This document shows positions 12,752 through 27,100 of a stretch of DNA of 64,000 nucleotides, piece after piece. How positions within the stretch are numbered: the first letter of the stretch is position 1; the number at the start of each line of letters is the position of its first letter. The notes beneath the pieces were generated by a model that was not told the origin of the DNA, made no database searches, and saw only the letters and a program-made list of their open reading frames with translations. A program made the translations under genes and the position numbers. Source of the DNA: Tubiluchus corallicola (Eukaryota > Animalia > Priapulida); the NCBI GenBank assembly GCA_030141605.1, contig JAQGDQ010000378.1:162652-226651 (forward strand), in the 5' to 3' direction.

Positions 12752-14942
12752 TACACTGACATGTGGTGGGGTGCATACTCAACTTCTGGCACCATACATT
12801 TGCATTCCACCACAGCCAGAAGAGTAATCTGATGAGCCGAGTAATTAACATGGGGTAACGCTACAAGCAGCAGTCGTATTAACTAGATTTCTAGAACTAA
12901 ACAGATAATATTCTAAATAAGTAACGATAAATTTTAACAGCAACTTAATACACAAATTTATAATGAAAATATTTTCTGATACTCACGCATTTGGTAATTA
13001 CAGATGTTTATTTCTGTCTTGCAACAATAAATCAGTATTTAGCAAAGTTCTTTTTTGCAATTTATATGAAATAAAAAATACGTATGTATTACACACTAAT
13101 ATTAAATTACATATCACTCGTAATCAACAACCTTGGAGTTTTGTTAATCAAACAACAAATGCAACATTTGTCAAAAATTTGCCGTGTATCTAATGAAACC
13201 AGTCGAACTACGTGAATATAATGAATATAACGCAACACAAAATGATCAAAATTTACACTTAACGCAGTGAACAATTGATCAATCACACAATATGGAATGC
13301 ACATTAACACCATTATTAACAAACAAGACACCTAAATATCAGTAAAAGAACATTCTAATTTTAGAGAATGGCTCTTGCTTTGTGCATTAAATGTAGGGCG
13401 TACTATAAGTACACAGAACGATGAACCAATTTAGTGCCAATGATCTCTCTCTACATGAATTTTTCCTGTAAAATTATACTAACCGAAATGATGACTAACT
13501 TCAACTGTTTGTAACATTAAAACGAGCTCATCATTAAATGCAAATAAACAAAAAGCGAGTCTAAGCACGTTAACTTTTGTAAGTAAACTCAAAATGAATT
13601 AATTTTGACAACACACTGCTGTGTGTGTTATTGGCAATAGACAATGCAGACATTGCTTTTAAAGGGGACATGCCATTTAACATGTTGGGTTTATTTCACT
13701 ATGATCACTTAAATTTATAAAATATATAATAAAGAAATTAGCAAAAAAATTCAGCATAAAGCTAATTAATGCTACCACCAAATAGAGATTTTCAGGTACG
13801 GTGGTTGCCATCATTCACTTGAAAAGTGTAACATGGGCTTCATGTAAGCGTGCTGCTCATACTGATTCAAACTTCTGCACTTTACCTAGTGTTCGCACAA
13901 AAAAATTACAAAATTAGGCATCTAATTTTTTGTAAAACCTTGTACTTTTCACGGAAATTGACGAACAAATTTTCTTCAGTCGACAAATGACGTCAATGGT
14001 GGAAAAATGAGAGTTCATAATGGAAGTGCCGAAGCATGATAAAAATTTTCAAGTGATTTTACTAATTGCATGAAGCGCGCTTATCACACTTTTATTGTGG
14101 AATCTTTCTAACATTTTTTGCAAACATTGAAATGAGCCTAATTTCCTAGAAGGCTTGGCATTTCCTTTAACCAAAGGCATGTATAATAGCAAGCACAACA
14201 TTATGACTAACATAGGAAATGGTATTATTATGGTTTTCATAACATAATAATCAGTTTAACACTAATAATTTTTTAGTTTGAACATCGAAACTAAGTCGGT
14301 ACATTTAACACGAATTGCACATTTATTCCATCGAAGTTTGGAAGTAACTTACGAGAAACAAGCAAAAATTGGAATGCGTGTAAAAACTAAAACAATTCAA
14401 GCTAAATACTTATAATTTTCTGCATAGTCTAGACATTTGCAACATTGGTGTATGGCAGATGCCAAACGCTAGTTTATCTTAGACATATCAAACTGCAATT
14501 AAAATAAAAATATTGACTTCACCTCAGAGGACCTTCCGCCAGTCGTAAAGTGCTCTTGGCATAATTAGCATCATTAGAAAAGTAACATATTTTTGAATAC
14601 TTAATCACTACACAACAAGATATAATCTTTCACAATATAGGCTAACACTCATTAAACTGCAGAAACTTCAATCTTACATAGCTAACCATTTTGATAGCAA
14701 AAAGTACACTAGTAAAATTTTTTCAAGCTGGAAAAGCGATTCTACAGATGGACGAATTTACGGGACGGAATAGTTAAAATATAAATGTACGATTTATTGC
14801 TTTTATAGAAAAGACTGCAGTTATTATAAATGTAATCAAAAAGTCAAATATATAGCAATCTATTTATATCATTTGTATATAAAATATGGGCGGTAAATTT
14901 CTTTAGCTGCTACTGACCGCTACTAGCGGATATTACAAACGT

Positions 14943-15158
14943 CTACAACTTGTTCAACATTTCGTATTTCTGTTTGATGTCCATGTTTGGATTCAGTCGT
15001 GGATCCCTCCTCTTCTTCGATGTGAGCTGTGCTCGGAGCTGTTGAGCACTGAGCTGGAACACGTCACCGTCCGCCTGCGGTGCTGCAGCCGGTGGTGGTG
15101 TCGCTGCGGGTGCGGTCGCAGCTGGTGGTGGTGCTGATACTGTTGTCTGATCATTTCG
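14943..15158 (-). CDS. NHERF terminal exon: Pro/Ala linker and ERM-binding tail
   Basis: TAG acceptor at 15159; RNDQTTVSAPPPAATAPAATPPPAAAPQADGDVFQLSAQQLRAQLTSKKRRDPRLNPNMDIKQKYEMLNKL*; resembles the Sip1/EBP50 C-terminus. This frame is not in the ORF track. Confidence 0.9.
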   Translation of the reverse strand, partial: RNDQTTVSAPPPAATAPAATPPPAAAPQADGDVFQLSAQQLRAQLTSKKRRDPRLNPNMDIKQKYEMLNKL

Positions 15159-18100
15159 CTATAAAAGAAAAGAATAAAAAACTCAAACAATTAAATTGCA
15201 TTAATAAGAAGAATAAAGAAACACAATTGTCAACCTGAATTGGTGTGACAAGCATGCGTCAATGAGTGCGCAAAGGCACACATTACTCAAATGTGTTTGG
15301 GCACTGTTAACACAAACTGTTACCTAATAACTAATATCACTTTCATAGCTTGCAAATATTACAGTGTATAAAAATACACACTATATGCAAAAAATATACT
15401 ATATAGTAGTGTTGCTCCGGATACACTTTTTTTGCTGGGTAGCGAATACCGGATATCATCAAATATTTCCTCACGTTGACTTCGGTTAGCTAAATTCGGA
15501 TGGTAAATGCGGATCGGTTCGGATAATGAAAAAATAGTAAATTGTTTGCAAACTTTAGCTTTTTCATTTAGTCTGTCAAAAAAAGACTATCATCTTAAAG
15601 GACATACCCCGAAGACACACCGTGTTATCACACACAAACGAAAAAAGATGTGTGTAGAATTTTCGTCTTGAAAACACAAACATAGGCAATATTTTTAGTT
15701 ATTTTCGGCTGTTATTCGAAAACGGTTTTCAATTGCACATTACAAAAACCAGATAGCGAATATTTTCTAATGTCAAATTTTTATAACTACCGGATAATAT
15801 CGGATACGAATACTTATAGAATTTCGAGAAATATCACCATTTTCGGATACGAATCGGATATCCAGATCAACACTACTACATAGCAAGCGATGTTAGAGTG
15901 CATGACATTTTTCAAAACGTTCAACACGAACGGTAGCACAAATATAGGTGGATTAAATACCGCCTTTATTTACAGTAAAAAATACTACAAAACCACTTCA
16001 ACTTGCGCTTAGTTACCGTATAAAACATTAACAAAAGCGTTGAAAAACTATAATGAAATTAAACACAAGGTTTAGACATCGATTTGGTGCTGAACGGTGA
16101 AAAAACTGTAATATACCACCTATCACCAAAGATGTTTACTGCAAATGGCAAAAATTTGCAGATTTTCCGCTAAAAGCTTAAATTTTTAAAGAGTAGTGCA
16201 CCGACAGAAAACACAAACACTCTTGGCAACAAACGACAAGCAAGAAACATAAGTCATACGTATGAGAAAAGGCTTAAATTGCCATATTTTCACAACAAGC
16301 CTCAGTCACAATGACATACTAATGTACTAAACTGTGAAAGCTTTTTTGAGGAAGTTAACACATAAGCTGTTGCATACCAACTAAAAATATTACAATACAT
16401 AAAAAATTACATGCTAAAACTACTAAGTTACTAAACTGCGAAAGCTTTTCCGAGGAAGTTTAAATTACCGCACCAATATACAGTTATTTTACAAGCAAAA
16501 GTGAATACTGCATACCTCTACCTCTGGTTCACCGATGAGTCTAGAGCCAGGTCTTGGTACAGGTGTTTTTATGTATTGAATATTTCCTAGGTCTTTGCTA
16601 ACTTTGATGTCCCTAGAGTTGTAGTAACTGTCCGTAGCTTCGTCTACAACCAGCAGTTTGGTTTCATCTGAAATGGCCTTGATCTTCTCTACAACCTAGG
16701 TAACAAAAAAATTATGGTTGTCACTGTCCAAAACTTCACGATGCCCTAGGTTGATAGATCTTTCCCGCCCATGTGTATTGTAAATTTATGATTGGTTATG
16801 TACAGATTAAACAATTACTTGTGGTGTATTAGTATTACCTAGTAATATACTATTAACCTAGTTTCTATATGCTCATTCTTAATTACGTGCATATGAACTG
16901 CGCTTATATATAAGCAACAGATCTCAGTAACTGCCTGTGGTGTGTTATACAATACTGGTTTTACATGGATATGAACGGATACACATTTTCCGAGGAGAAT
17001 AAGAATTTTTTTTGAAATTGGGCAACTAAAACGTGGCGCCCCTCAAAACTTTGGCGCCCTAGGCTACAGCCTAGTTAACCTATTGGCTAATACGCCACTG
17101 GTAACGGGAAGGTAAATTTGATGACTGTTTCTAGGTTTCATTTTGTTACAAAATACTAACATTTAGTTTAAATATGCCATTTTGAATAAAAAAGTACCAC
17201 TACAATACATACATGTAAGTGAATAAGAGTTTATCACTCCAGGTACTAATATGAATTAGTGGTAAACGAAACAAAGCAGCATCATACAAAAACGAGAAAA
17301 AGTACAGAACGTTCTACCGTGCACCTGCGTCGGCTTAATAATAATTCTTTAAAGTTCAGAAGAGTATCATACGACATAAGAAAGCACAGGATTTTATCGG
17401 CTTACTGGCCAACTGGCATGGTACATGAATCAAGGTTGAACAAAGACCAATGCAAAAAAGTTATTATATCTCCTTGTTTAAAAACTGTTATCTGATTTAT
17501 ACTGTCAAAGGCCAGACAGACTTGGCAGTTTCGGCATTACTGTGTTCCATGGTCTTCCCTCATATGCTTGTATTATATGTGGACAGAATTCGTGTAAATT
17601 ACACAAAACATTAAGGCCACATGAAAACGGTTAGAAATCTCTGCTAAAAACAAGAATGTGGAATGGCCTACATTATGAGATTGAGCCATTACCTGTGAGT
17701 GTGTACAGTGCTCCACGTGGAATGGCCTACATTATGAGATTGAGTCATTACCTGTGAGTATGTACAGTGCTCCACGTCGAATGGCCTACGTTATGAGATT
17801 GAGTCATTACCTGTGAGTGTGTACAGTGCTCCACGTGGAATGGCCTACATTATGAGATTGAGCCATTACCTGTGAGTGTGTACAGTGCTCCACGTGGAAT
17901 GGCCTACATTATGAGATTGAGCAATTACCTGTGAGTGTGTACAATGCTCCACGTTTTCTTTATTCACTTCAATGATGCGATCACCTCTCTTGAGCCCGGC
18001 AAAATCCGCAGGACTGTCGGCATCAATGTCTCCCATGAATTCTCCACGGCCGGCCTTGTCTGCCACCAAGCTGAAGCCAAAGCCCGGGAAATCCGGCCAC

Positions 18101-21100
18101 TTGCAGACGTGGCAGTAGCGAGGCTGGGGTGCATCCGACGGGATGTTTGCTTCTCGTGGCGCTAATGTCTCCGGCGCACGATCCTAACAAGCAGCAAAGC
18201 AGTTTAATAACGGCAATGTTAGGATAAGACAAGCCAATTACCATGTCAGGCAACAATTGAAATTGAAAAAAGATAAAAAACAACATAGAACATTTTCAAT
18301 ATCAACGAATATCCATAGAAAACGCAGATTTTTCATTACCAACTTGATAACGCACAGTTAAAAATGATTTTCTCTTACTGCACTGGAAAAACTATGAAAA
18401 CCCATTAGTACCACGGCTATTTATTTTTTTCTGTTATTTGAGAAACTTATTTAGTGTGCGACATGTAATGAATTCGCACATGTGCCAGATAACAACTTGT
18501 GCATGAAAGAGAAAAAATAATTCACTATGGTACCATAGGGCTTCCGTTGGAAACTATTGTGAATTTATATTCATGAATGTTAAATAACTTAAATACACAC
18601 AAAAAATATAAAACTGAGCAACATTACAGCAAAGCAGATATGTACATAAACTAATGATTATCAATGTAATACGTAAAAAATAATTTAGAAGTTATTAAAC
18701 GTAATCCATTACCCAAACAAATTCAATTGCTGATAAAATGTGATTTAGTACATAGTAACACAAAACTAGCTAACAGATAGTTGCGGTGACCTTGAACAGT
18801 TAAATACACCCTTATTTTAACTACACCACCAATTTTACATAGTATCTAGTAAAAAAGACAGAAAATTGTTACAATTGTTTATGTTCTACAATCCAGTTAC
18901 ACCCAAAACATTATAAATGAATACATGTAATCAGAAAAGACAAATGAACATATAAAAGAGGAAAACGCCATCGATATGAAGTAAAAGAAAAATGTCGCTG
19001 AAGAAAGAAATGAAATTTTCTTTTTGCTAATTTGATGTTCGCAGCTCTTCGGAGCAAATAACATTCATTGCAGCAAGTACAGCTCAGAACAGCAAGAAAT
19101 GATAATGGCGTTTGAATGTATGGAAAATTGAAAGGCAAGCTTTCTCTAAAACGATTAGTCTGTAACAAGGCTAGCGTAAGAGATAATGGAAAACTCGCTA
19201 ACTTAAATAAGAAATGTAAACATTTTACGATTGCTAATGCTTGCAGGCATCACAATGGATACCGTTATGGACTAGCGACTTCAAGGACACAAATCCCTCG
19301 GGGCAAGAAATAATGCCAAATATCATCTTCAAATTTGTGCCAGGTATTTAGTTCAATACTGAAATCGTGGTACTGCTAAAAACATAAATGATATCATTAC
19401 AGGATTAAAAAAAACCATGGTTTTTAATTTAGCAGTATACCTGTATTTTAAAAACACTTTACAGAAAGCATAGATGTAAAAAAAGCATTAGTGAATTGAA
19501 AGGTCTTCAGAAACTGTGCGAGATTGAAACAGAGTTGTTCATATCTCAAGTACATTGCAAGAGTTCAGCCAGCCAAAAATATGTAATACGAGAACTATTA
19601 AACAGGTTTTGCTGAGATTAATATAACACACACTAGACTAGAACCTGCCATAGTTAGCATGTTAAGTTCTGAAAATTGTTAAGTTTTAAGAAAACTAATG
19701 AAAAATGTTAAGTTCTGCCAGATGAGACCTTCCAAACTTTGGCAGTCGACAGAAGTCAATTAAAGCAGAAGCGGTTAACTTGTACAAGCCATAAGAGAGA
19801 GAGACATTTAAGAATCGCTGGGTGATATATAAGTTAGGTGATGGCCATAGCTACCTCAATTAGCTGTTCTTCATTATACTCATTGGCCGGTACGATAGCG
19901 GAAGCCGGTCGCAACAGCGGCGTCTCAAACACCTGTATGCCATGCAGTCTCGAAGTCAATGGAATCCTCTGACTTTTGTATGTCAGGTAAGTGTCTTCAT
20001 CGGCAACAAGGAAAGTAACTGAGGTCGGACTTTGCTTTATGTACGTCTCGATTTCTTCGCAACTCCGTTTCTCGACATTAACCCCATTGACTTCAATGAT
20101 AAAGTCGCCCTGGGCCAGACCACCGGCTTCCGCTGGACTGTAGGCGTCCACTCTACCTATCATATCGATGCTTTGTGCCCTGTTGTACACCAGACAGAAT
20201 CCGTACCCTTCAAAATCTGGCCACTTGTGGATCTTGCAAAGTCTAGGCACGTTAACAGCCTCTTCTGCAGGCAGTATGTTAGTAACAGGAACCTTGCAAA
20301 AGCATATTGAAGATAAGAAGCAAATACTTACTGAGTTTTATTAATGCATGCATTCCCAAGCAAAGTAACATGCCACATCCCTATGCAGCAGCCGGCAAGA
20401 TATACCTTTCCCTGTATGACTATAACATTGGCCTATACAGGTCAGTTTGTAAGAAATTAATCCCTATATTCCCACGAATCTTGGCAGAGGTAATAATACA
20501 AACAAGTATACATACAGACATACTTGTTAGCCCAAGTGCATATTTACAGACCATAAATACTGGAAGGAAGTGTAGCGTCATATAATATTATAATTTAGCA
20601 GTTCATTACACCTATGATATTCACACGGGATTGTTTGTCATGTTCACAAACAAGCAAAAGGTCACTTCTGAATCATGCGGCCACACACCATCCCATTTTA
20701 TTCCTGTGATTCTCTTTGGAAGGCAATTTATACATAGCTCAAAGTGGAATATGACCCAAAATATCATGTAGTAAATGACATACGAAGTAGTGCGCTCATT
20801 GCTTTATTGTATTTATATGCATTTTATATATGATTACAAAACAATGTAGTAATTATTTATACACCTCGTATCTTACAAAATAGTACAGCAAGATTTGTAT
20901 AATAAGGTAAATATGCATTTTATATATGAATATGCTATGAAGAAATTATTTACACATCTTGTATCTTACAATATAGTACAGCATTATTTGTACAATAAGG
21001 TACTTTACAGCTACTATAAATATTATAGTGCATAACAATTATATACAATATATTTGGTAGCTTTCAACCGTTCAATTTCTATGTGTAACAACTGTGCGAT

Positions 21101-24100
21101 ATCCTTTCTATACTAAGATATTATACATAATATATATGGCTACGTTGAAAAAGTGTTTAACTAATATACTGTATTAAAACTGCTAGCGTGCGGCGGTAAA
21201 ATGGACTTCTAAATTCAAAGATTTCTGAATGCTTATCAAATGTATCACAGTCCAGGAGCAATACAGAACACATGAAATCTACAATAGCAAACTTTACAAC
21301 AACGTAGCAACATTCCAAAATTCACTATCTGCTTCTCAAAAACAGAACTAGAAAACAGTGACTGGGAGTGGGATACCATGTAGTTCCATGTGATCCACAT
21401 TCTTTGATTGATTCTACATCAACTTTTAGCCATGTACGAAAAATGTGCGAGAAAATGTCAACCAAATATACAACCTTTAATCATGTAAGTCCACCAGGTC
21501 AGTTCTTTTGAATTTGTCTTATTAGCAACAAATGTCGATAAAAGCACGAAGACAAAAGACAAATGTAGACAAAAGGCTCTCCAAGACCAGTAAAAATGTG
21601 GTGCTGTAAATCATCGACCGGAAAAAACAGCAAACATGGCTGCAAATGCAGCAGCTAGCGACAGTTCAATCTCTCAAATAGCAGCCTTTTCAACAAGTTA
21701 ATCAAAACTGAAAGTTATATCCCACAATGAGGCAATACTCTAGGAGCCGAGAAATATAGAAAGTTTAGCATTGTTCACGGTATTATTTGCAATGTATGAC
21801 ATTGGTTCTACATACCCAACGAAAATGTAAACTAACTTAATGACATAATCATGACATCATGACTCAAGTCATCATCATCTGATCATCTTACAACCCCAAG
21901 AAAACATTGAAAAAAAGAGTGTGAATTAAATCTCGAGAGTACGATGATCTTAATGCATCCCATAACTGTTACACTTTCATACGAATCAACACAAAAATTA
22001 ATCAACGGATATTAAATGGGAAGATATGAAAATAATACAGAAACATTCAAGAATGTACGAACGAACATTATGTTTGACGACATGTGACGCCAAGACATTA
22101 AAAAACGCCTTGTGTAATTAAACGCCTGCAAAACACCATAAAAATGTAATTAAATAACAGCAAAACACCAGCTAAACATCTCAATCTCAGTATTTACCAA
22201 CACCAACAACAGTTACAACACCCGTCACCGATGCTAGTCACAACACAATGTAATGAACATAGCCAATGCCCATTTCTATAGACGGCACATATACTAGAAC
22301 TGTCAGTAATCTAGGCAATATCTATGACTGGATCTATGAAGCTGAAACAGCCAATATAAACCTTGAACAGAACGAGGCCCCTACCACATAACATACCGGT
22401 GCCTCCAATAATTCCACATTTCTCAACTGAGAGGTTACTTTGATGTTACGCGAAGAATAATATTCGTCTGCTTCGGCGTCAACCACCAGGAAAACCACCT
22501 CGCTTGCATTAGCTTTAATTGCTTTAACGATGTCGAGATGCGATTTCCCGTCAATGTTGTCGTCATTAACCTCCACAATGCGATCACCAACTCGCAGGCC
22601 TCCGGCGTAAGCGGGACTTTCACTTTCGACCTTTTCAATATATTCAGCTTGCTTGGTTTTATCGTACTTAAGATTAAATCCATAGCCTTCATAGTTGTGC
22701 CACATGCAGATGGTACACTTGCGTGGTTTTGGTGCACCTTCAGCAATTTCACTTATTACCGACACTACCTATATTATTGAAAGCCTTATGTCAGAAACAA
22801 TGAAAAATATAGGAGGAATAATTAAAATAAACTGAAAAGAAAACTCATATATAATAAATAAAAATTTAATAAATATAAATAAAAATAAAATAGAAAGCAT
22901 GCATAAAGAAAAAATTCTCAATTTTTCACTAGAAGCAACTTAACATTGAGCAGCACTGCATCTAGAAATTGTTATAAGCTGCTATAAGCATAACTCAGCA
23001 TTTATTTGTAACACGAGAGCGAAAAACAGGATTGTTCTGCAAGCTTACTCTACTAACACACACAGCTAGCAGCGCAGGAGGATTGCAATACCTTACGCTC
23101 CGGTTCAGCAGTACCGGGTCTCGGAACAACCGTTTCCAAGTTCTCCACATTCTTTTGTTTAGAGGTGACAACAATGCCAGCAGCCGAGTAGTATGATTCT
23201 GCCTTCTCATCGACTACTAGCAAGGCAACCATTGCGTCATCAGTCCTGATCAGCTTGATCACTTCCAGATGAGATAGACCGCTAATGTTCGTACCATTGA
23301 CTTCTACAATTCGATCCTCGTCTAGAAGACCTGCGCTGTGAGCCGGACCATCCTCCTGGATTTGGGTAACTGTCTCCTGGTCTCCGGATTCGTCGTACTC
23401 TAACGTGAAGCCATATCCATCATAATCTGCCCACTTGTGAATGGTGCATAAACGAGGCTTTGGCGCATCCTCGGCAATTTCTTTTACTGCCTCTATTATC
23501 TGTCTCCGAAGAACAAATAATGCTAAAGTTGTGTTAGTAAAAAGCAAAGCATAAAATAAACAAAAGGATAAACAAACAAATAAATAAAGCAAAGGAAAAG
23601 AAAAACTTGCTTTCTATCAACAGCTTTGCAAACATGCATAACAAAAACTGATTTTTTTATTAAAGTGAACCAAAATTGTTAGTAGGCATGGATTATGCTT
23701 GCAAAAAACAGATTACTAAAGATACATGCTGCCCCCTGCATTACCTAGTCGCTTTGGAACTCCGCTTTAAACAGCTTTTAAAAATTTGCAACATTTAAGA
23801 TGAAAACTGCAAATACCTGCTCCGCTACCCTGGCAGGTCTAGACTCTGGTGTTTCAATTCGTTTAATATTTGGCAAGTTGGTGGTAACTGTTATGCCTCT
23901 GGATGCATAGAACTCATCAGCTTCTGGGTCAACTACAAGGAAAGTAGCACGACCAGCGACCGTCTTGATAACATCGATGACCTCCTTATGACCTTTATCT
24001 TCAATATTTTGTCCATTCACTTCAACCACGCGGTCATTTGTCCGCAGTCCACCCGTCTCTGCCGGACTGTCTGCTTCAATGTCACCGATAAACTCCTGCT

Positions 24101-27100
24101 CTTTGACTCTGTCATACTTCAAATTGAATCCGTAACCCTCGTAATCCGGCCACTTATGAATCGTGCATAATCGGATTTCTGGAGCATCATTCAAAACCTC
24201 TTCTACCCTTTCTGCTACCTGACCAACAAAATAATGTTGAGAAAATAAACACGATTATTTGTTAGTATGCAGCTCATACTAGAAGCTTAATGTCGACATC
24301 AGATTAAAAGATTATTTGACATGATAAATGTCAATTAGTCATTGCGCTTGTCAAGAAACAGAGAATAGTTAATCACTACTAATCTTTTTACATTTGTACA
24401 TCTGAAAATAACTTTGAAAAAGAAGTGAATCATTGAAAAGAAAATTCATAACCATGCGAACGGCGAATGTGATTTTTTTTGTGGTTGTACTCTACAAGAC
24501 ATTAGTTACGAAAAGCTAGCGACACAGTGTCTACAAACGATGCAGCTCGGCAGCTACAATGCCTCCTACCTTTTCTTTTATAAGAGGCGTTTCCAGTTTC
24601 TCAATATTGTCCATACTAGAAGTTATTGCTACACCACGAGAGGTATAATATGCAACTGTTTTCAGGTCAGCAACCAAGAACACGACATGGTCAGTGTTAG
24701 ATTTAATGATGCCAACTATATCACTATGCGATTTGTCTTCTACGTTTTGCCAATTGACCTCAATCACACGGTCACCACTTTGCAGGCCACCAGATTCGGC
24801 TGGACTGCCCGATTCTACACTTCTGATAAGTTCGAATTTCTTATCCTTGTCGTACTGAAGGTTAAAACCGTAACCTTCATAGTTTGGAAGTTTGCGAATT
24901 GTACACAGACGAGCAGATGGTGCAGGACCCTTAAATGTACAAACGACAAAGAAATGCACAGTGTTAAAAGCACCGAAAGTTAACCCATCATAAATAATCT
25001 AATGCCATTGAAATGCAGTTATCAACAAATTTACTCACACAATCACCTAAAAATACAATCGTCTGTAAAGTAATAAGTTTAGCTGCTTCATTTAATTAAG
25101 CTTCATCCTAAAAAAGGTCTTCCAATAAACTAAAATAAACCGGTAACTAAAATATTCTGTATGTACAAGCAAACCGAAAACACCATTAACCTATAAAGAA
25201 CTAATAATTAACATAGCTCACTATCGCAAATGTTATGCATGGTCGTTCTTGAAACGAAAATCAGATATCAGCAAAAATGTTGATAAGAGAGTTAACTGCA
25301 AACGATTTAATTACTAACACAAATAGCTTTACAGATGCCTGCAACACACATAGCTAAACAACATCACTGCTTAGAAGACGAGCACCACATTCAACCTCAC
25401 TTGACAATTTTTGCCAGATCTTCTGCACCATTTATAACAAATGTCACAAACCAATTTGTTATTTATAAAAGACTATTACTTAACTCTTTCATAAGAAACA
25501 TTAAGAAACAGTAGCTAAGATATAAAAAGCAAATAATAATATAGGTAATTTAGGCATTACTCGAGAAAGGTATCTTTGAGATTTAAGCCAAAAAATGGTG
25601 ATTCTCAAAAATTGGGGCTGGAAAGACAAACATCGACCATGTATATAAGATATGTGGCTGGCAAAAAGCTAACTGATCAAAACAAATCTCAAACAGACAT
25701 TTTGCAACAGTGCACTTGCAAAGCCCCATATTGAAATACTTATCAAGTAACTGAACGAGACAAAACTGTCGGTAAAGCACGAAGTACATCTCAGCTTTAC
25801 TACAGGCAGACAGCATTTGTAACAAATGTCACAGCTAATGATTCGATCTCTAAGGAAGAGACAAGGAGACAGCAGAAAATATCGACTACAGGCTTTAACT
25901 ACTAGCACACAACTGAAGAACACAAAAACCAAGAGATTTACAATGTCATACGAGAACATGAGCAACACAAGAGATCATGTGCCAACGGTTATTTCTAATC
26001 GTAACTACCAGACAGACAAACATAAAACATAAGACAGTACGATAAGCACTGTTAAAAGTGGTGCCATACGCAAGACGAATACATCAACGTACCTCGGCCT
26101 CCCTAACTGGCGTCTCCAGTTTTTCGATATTTTCCATACCAGATTTTATCGTGATACGACGAGCCTTATAATGAGCAATAGTCTTTGCGTCGGCAACCAG
26201 GAACACGACATAGTCGCTGTGAGACCTGATAAGGGCGACAATTTCCGTATGGGATTCTTCCTCGACATTGCGACCATTGACTTCTATGACTCGATCGTCC
26301 GACCGAAGGCCACCGGCCTCTGCTGGACTTCGTGGTTCAACGTTACGAATACTTTCGAATTTTTTGTTCTTGTCGTAAAACAGATTAAAGCCGTAGCCCT
26401 CGTAGTCAGGCCACTTGCGTATAGTACATTGTCGAACGGAGTGAGTAGGTGCCTTTAATATTGAAAACAAGGCTACTTCAATAAGGAGTGGGAAGAAAAT
26501 ATAAACACATTAAAGTATTATAATAGCCTCCTCATAATGTCTCATTTTAGCCGACAGAAGAAATGACAATTTTTTAATTTACTACTTTAATTTGTTTAAA
26601 TTCACCAGTAGATATCGTTTACACCAAATTTAAAAAAAATGTTAATATGTCGAGATATTTTTACATACATTTCTTTATGTCTACAAAACCAATTGAAAAA
26701 GTTAGAAATATATGTTTAATAACAAACGGTACAATGCAACAACATGAATTCTGAGCTATAACACGACAAGCTAACTAAGCCAGTTCTAGACAAAATATTC
26801 TTTAATTGTAACCTCATTTTGGTCATATTTGTATTAGTTATGTTTGTATTAGTTATTTGTTTTAGCTGTTTGTTTTAGTTAATTAAAATTCAGGAGCTAC
26901 TTCGCCTCATTTTGGTGCTGATGATCTATAATAATAAATTAAATCTATTCTCCTGAATCTCACAAAATGGGCAAAAGAAAACATGAAACTTTATCAGATC
27001 GTCATCGGAAAAATGGAAGGCATCAAATACTACGGTGACAATTATATATGCATAACATACAGCATAAAATCTCGATACAATATGGTCAAAAGAAGCTTTG

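Noticed and set aside
14993-15190. His/Gln-rich 65-aa ORF (QQYQHHHQLRPHP)
   Set aside because: Wrong frame of the NHERF terminal exon; the phase-0 frame from the acceptor at 15159 gives the conserved ERM-binding tail.
17657-17953. Possible CRISPR-like array
   Set aside because: Head-to-tail repeat with no unique spacers, eukaryotic context and no cas genes.
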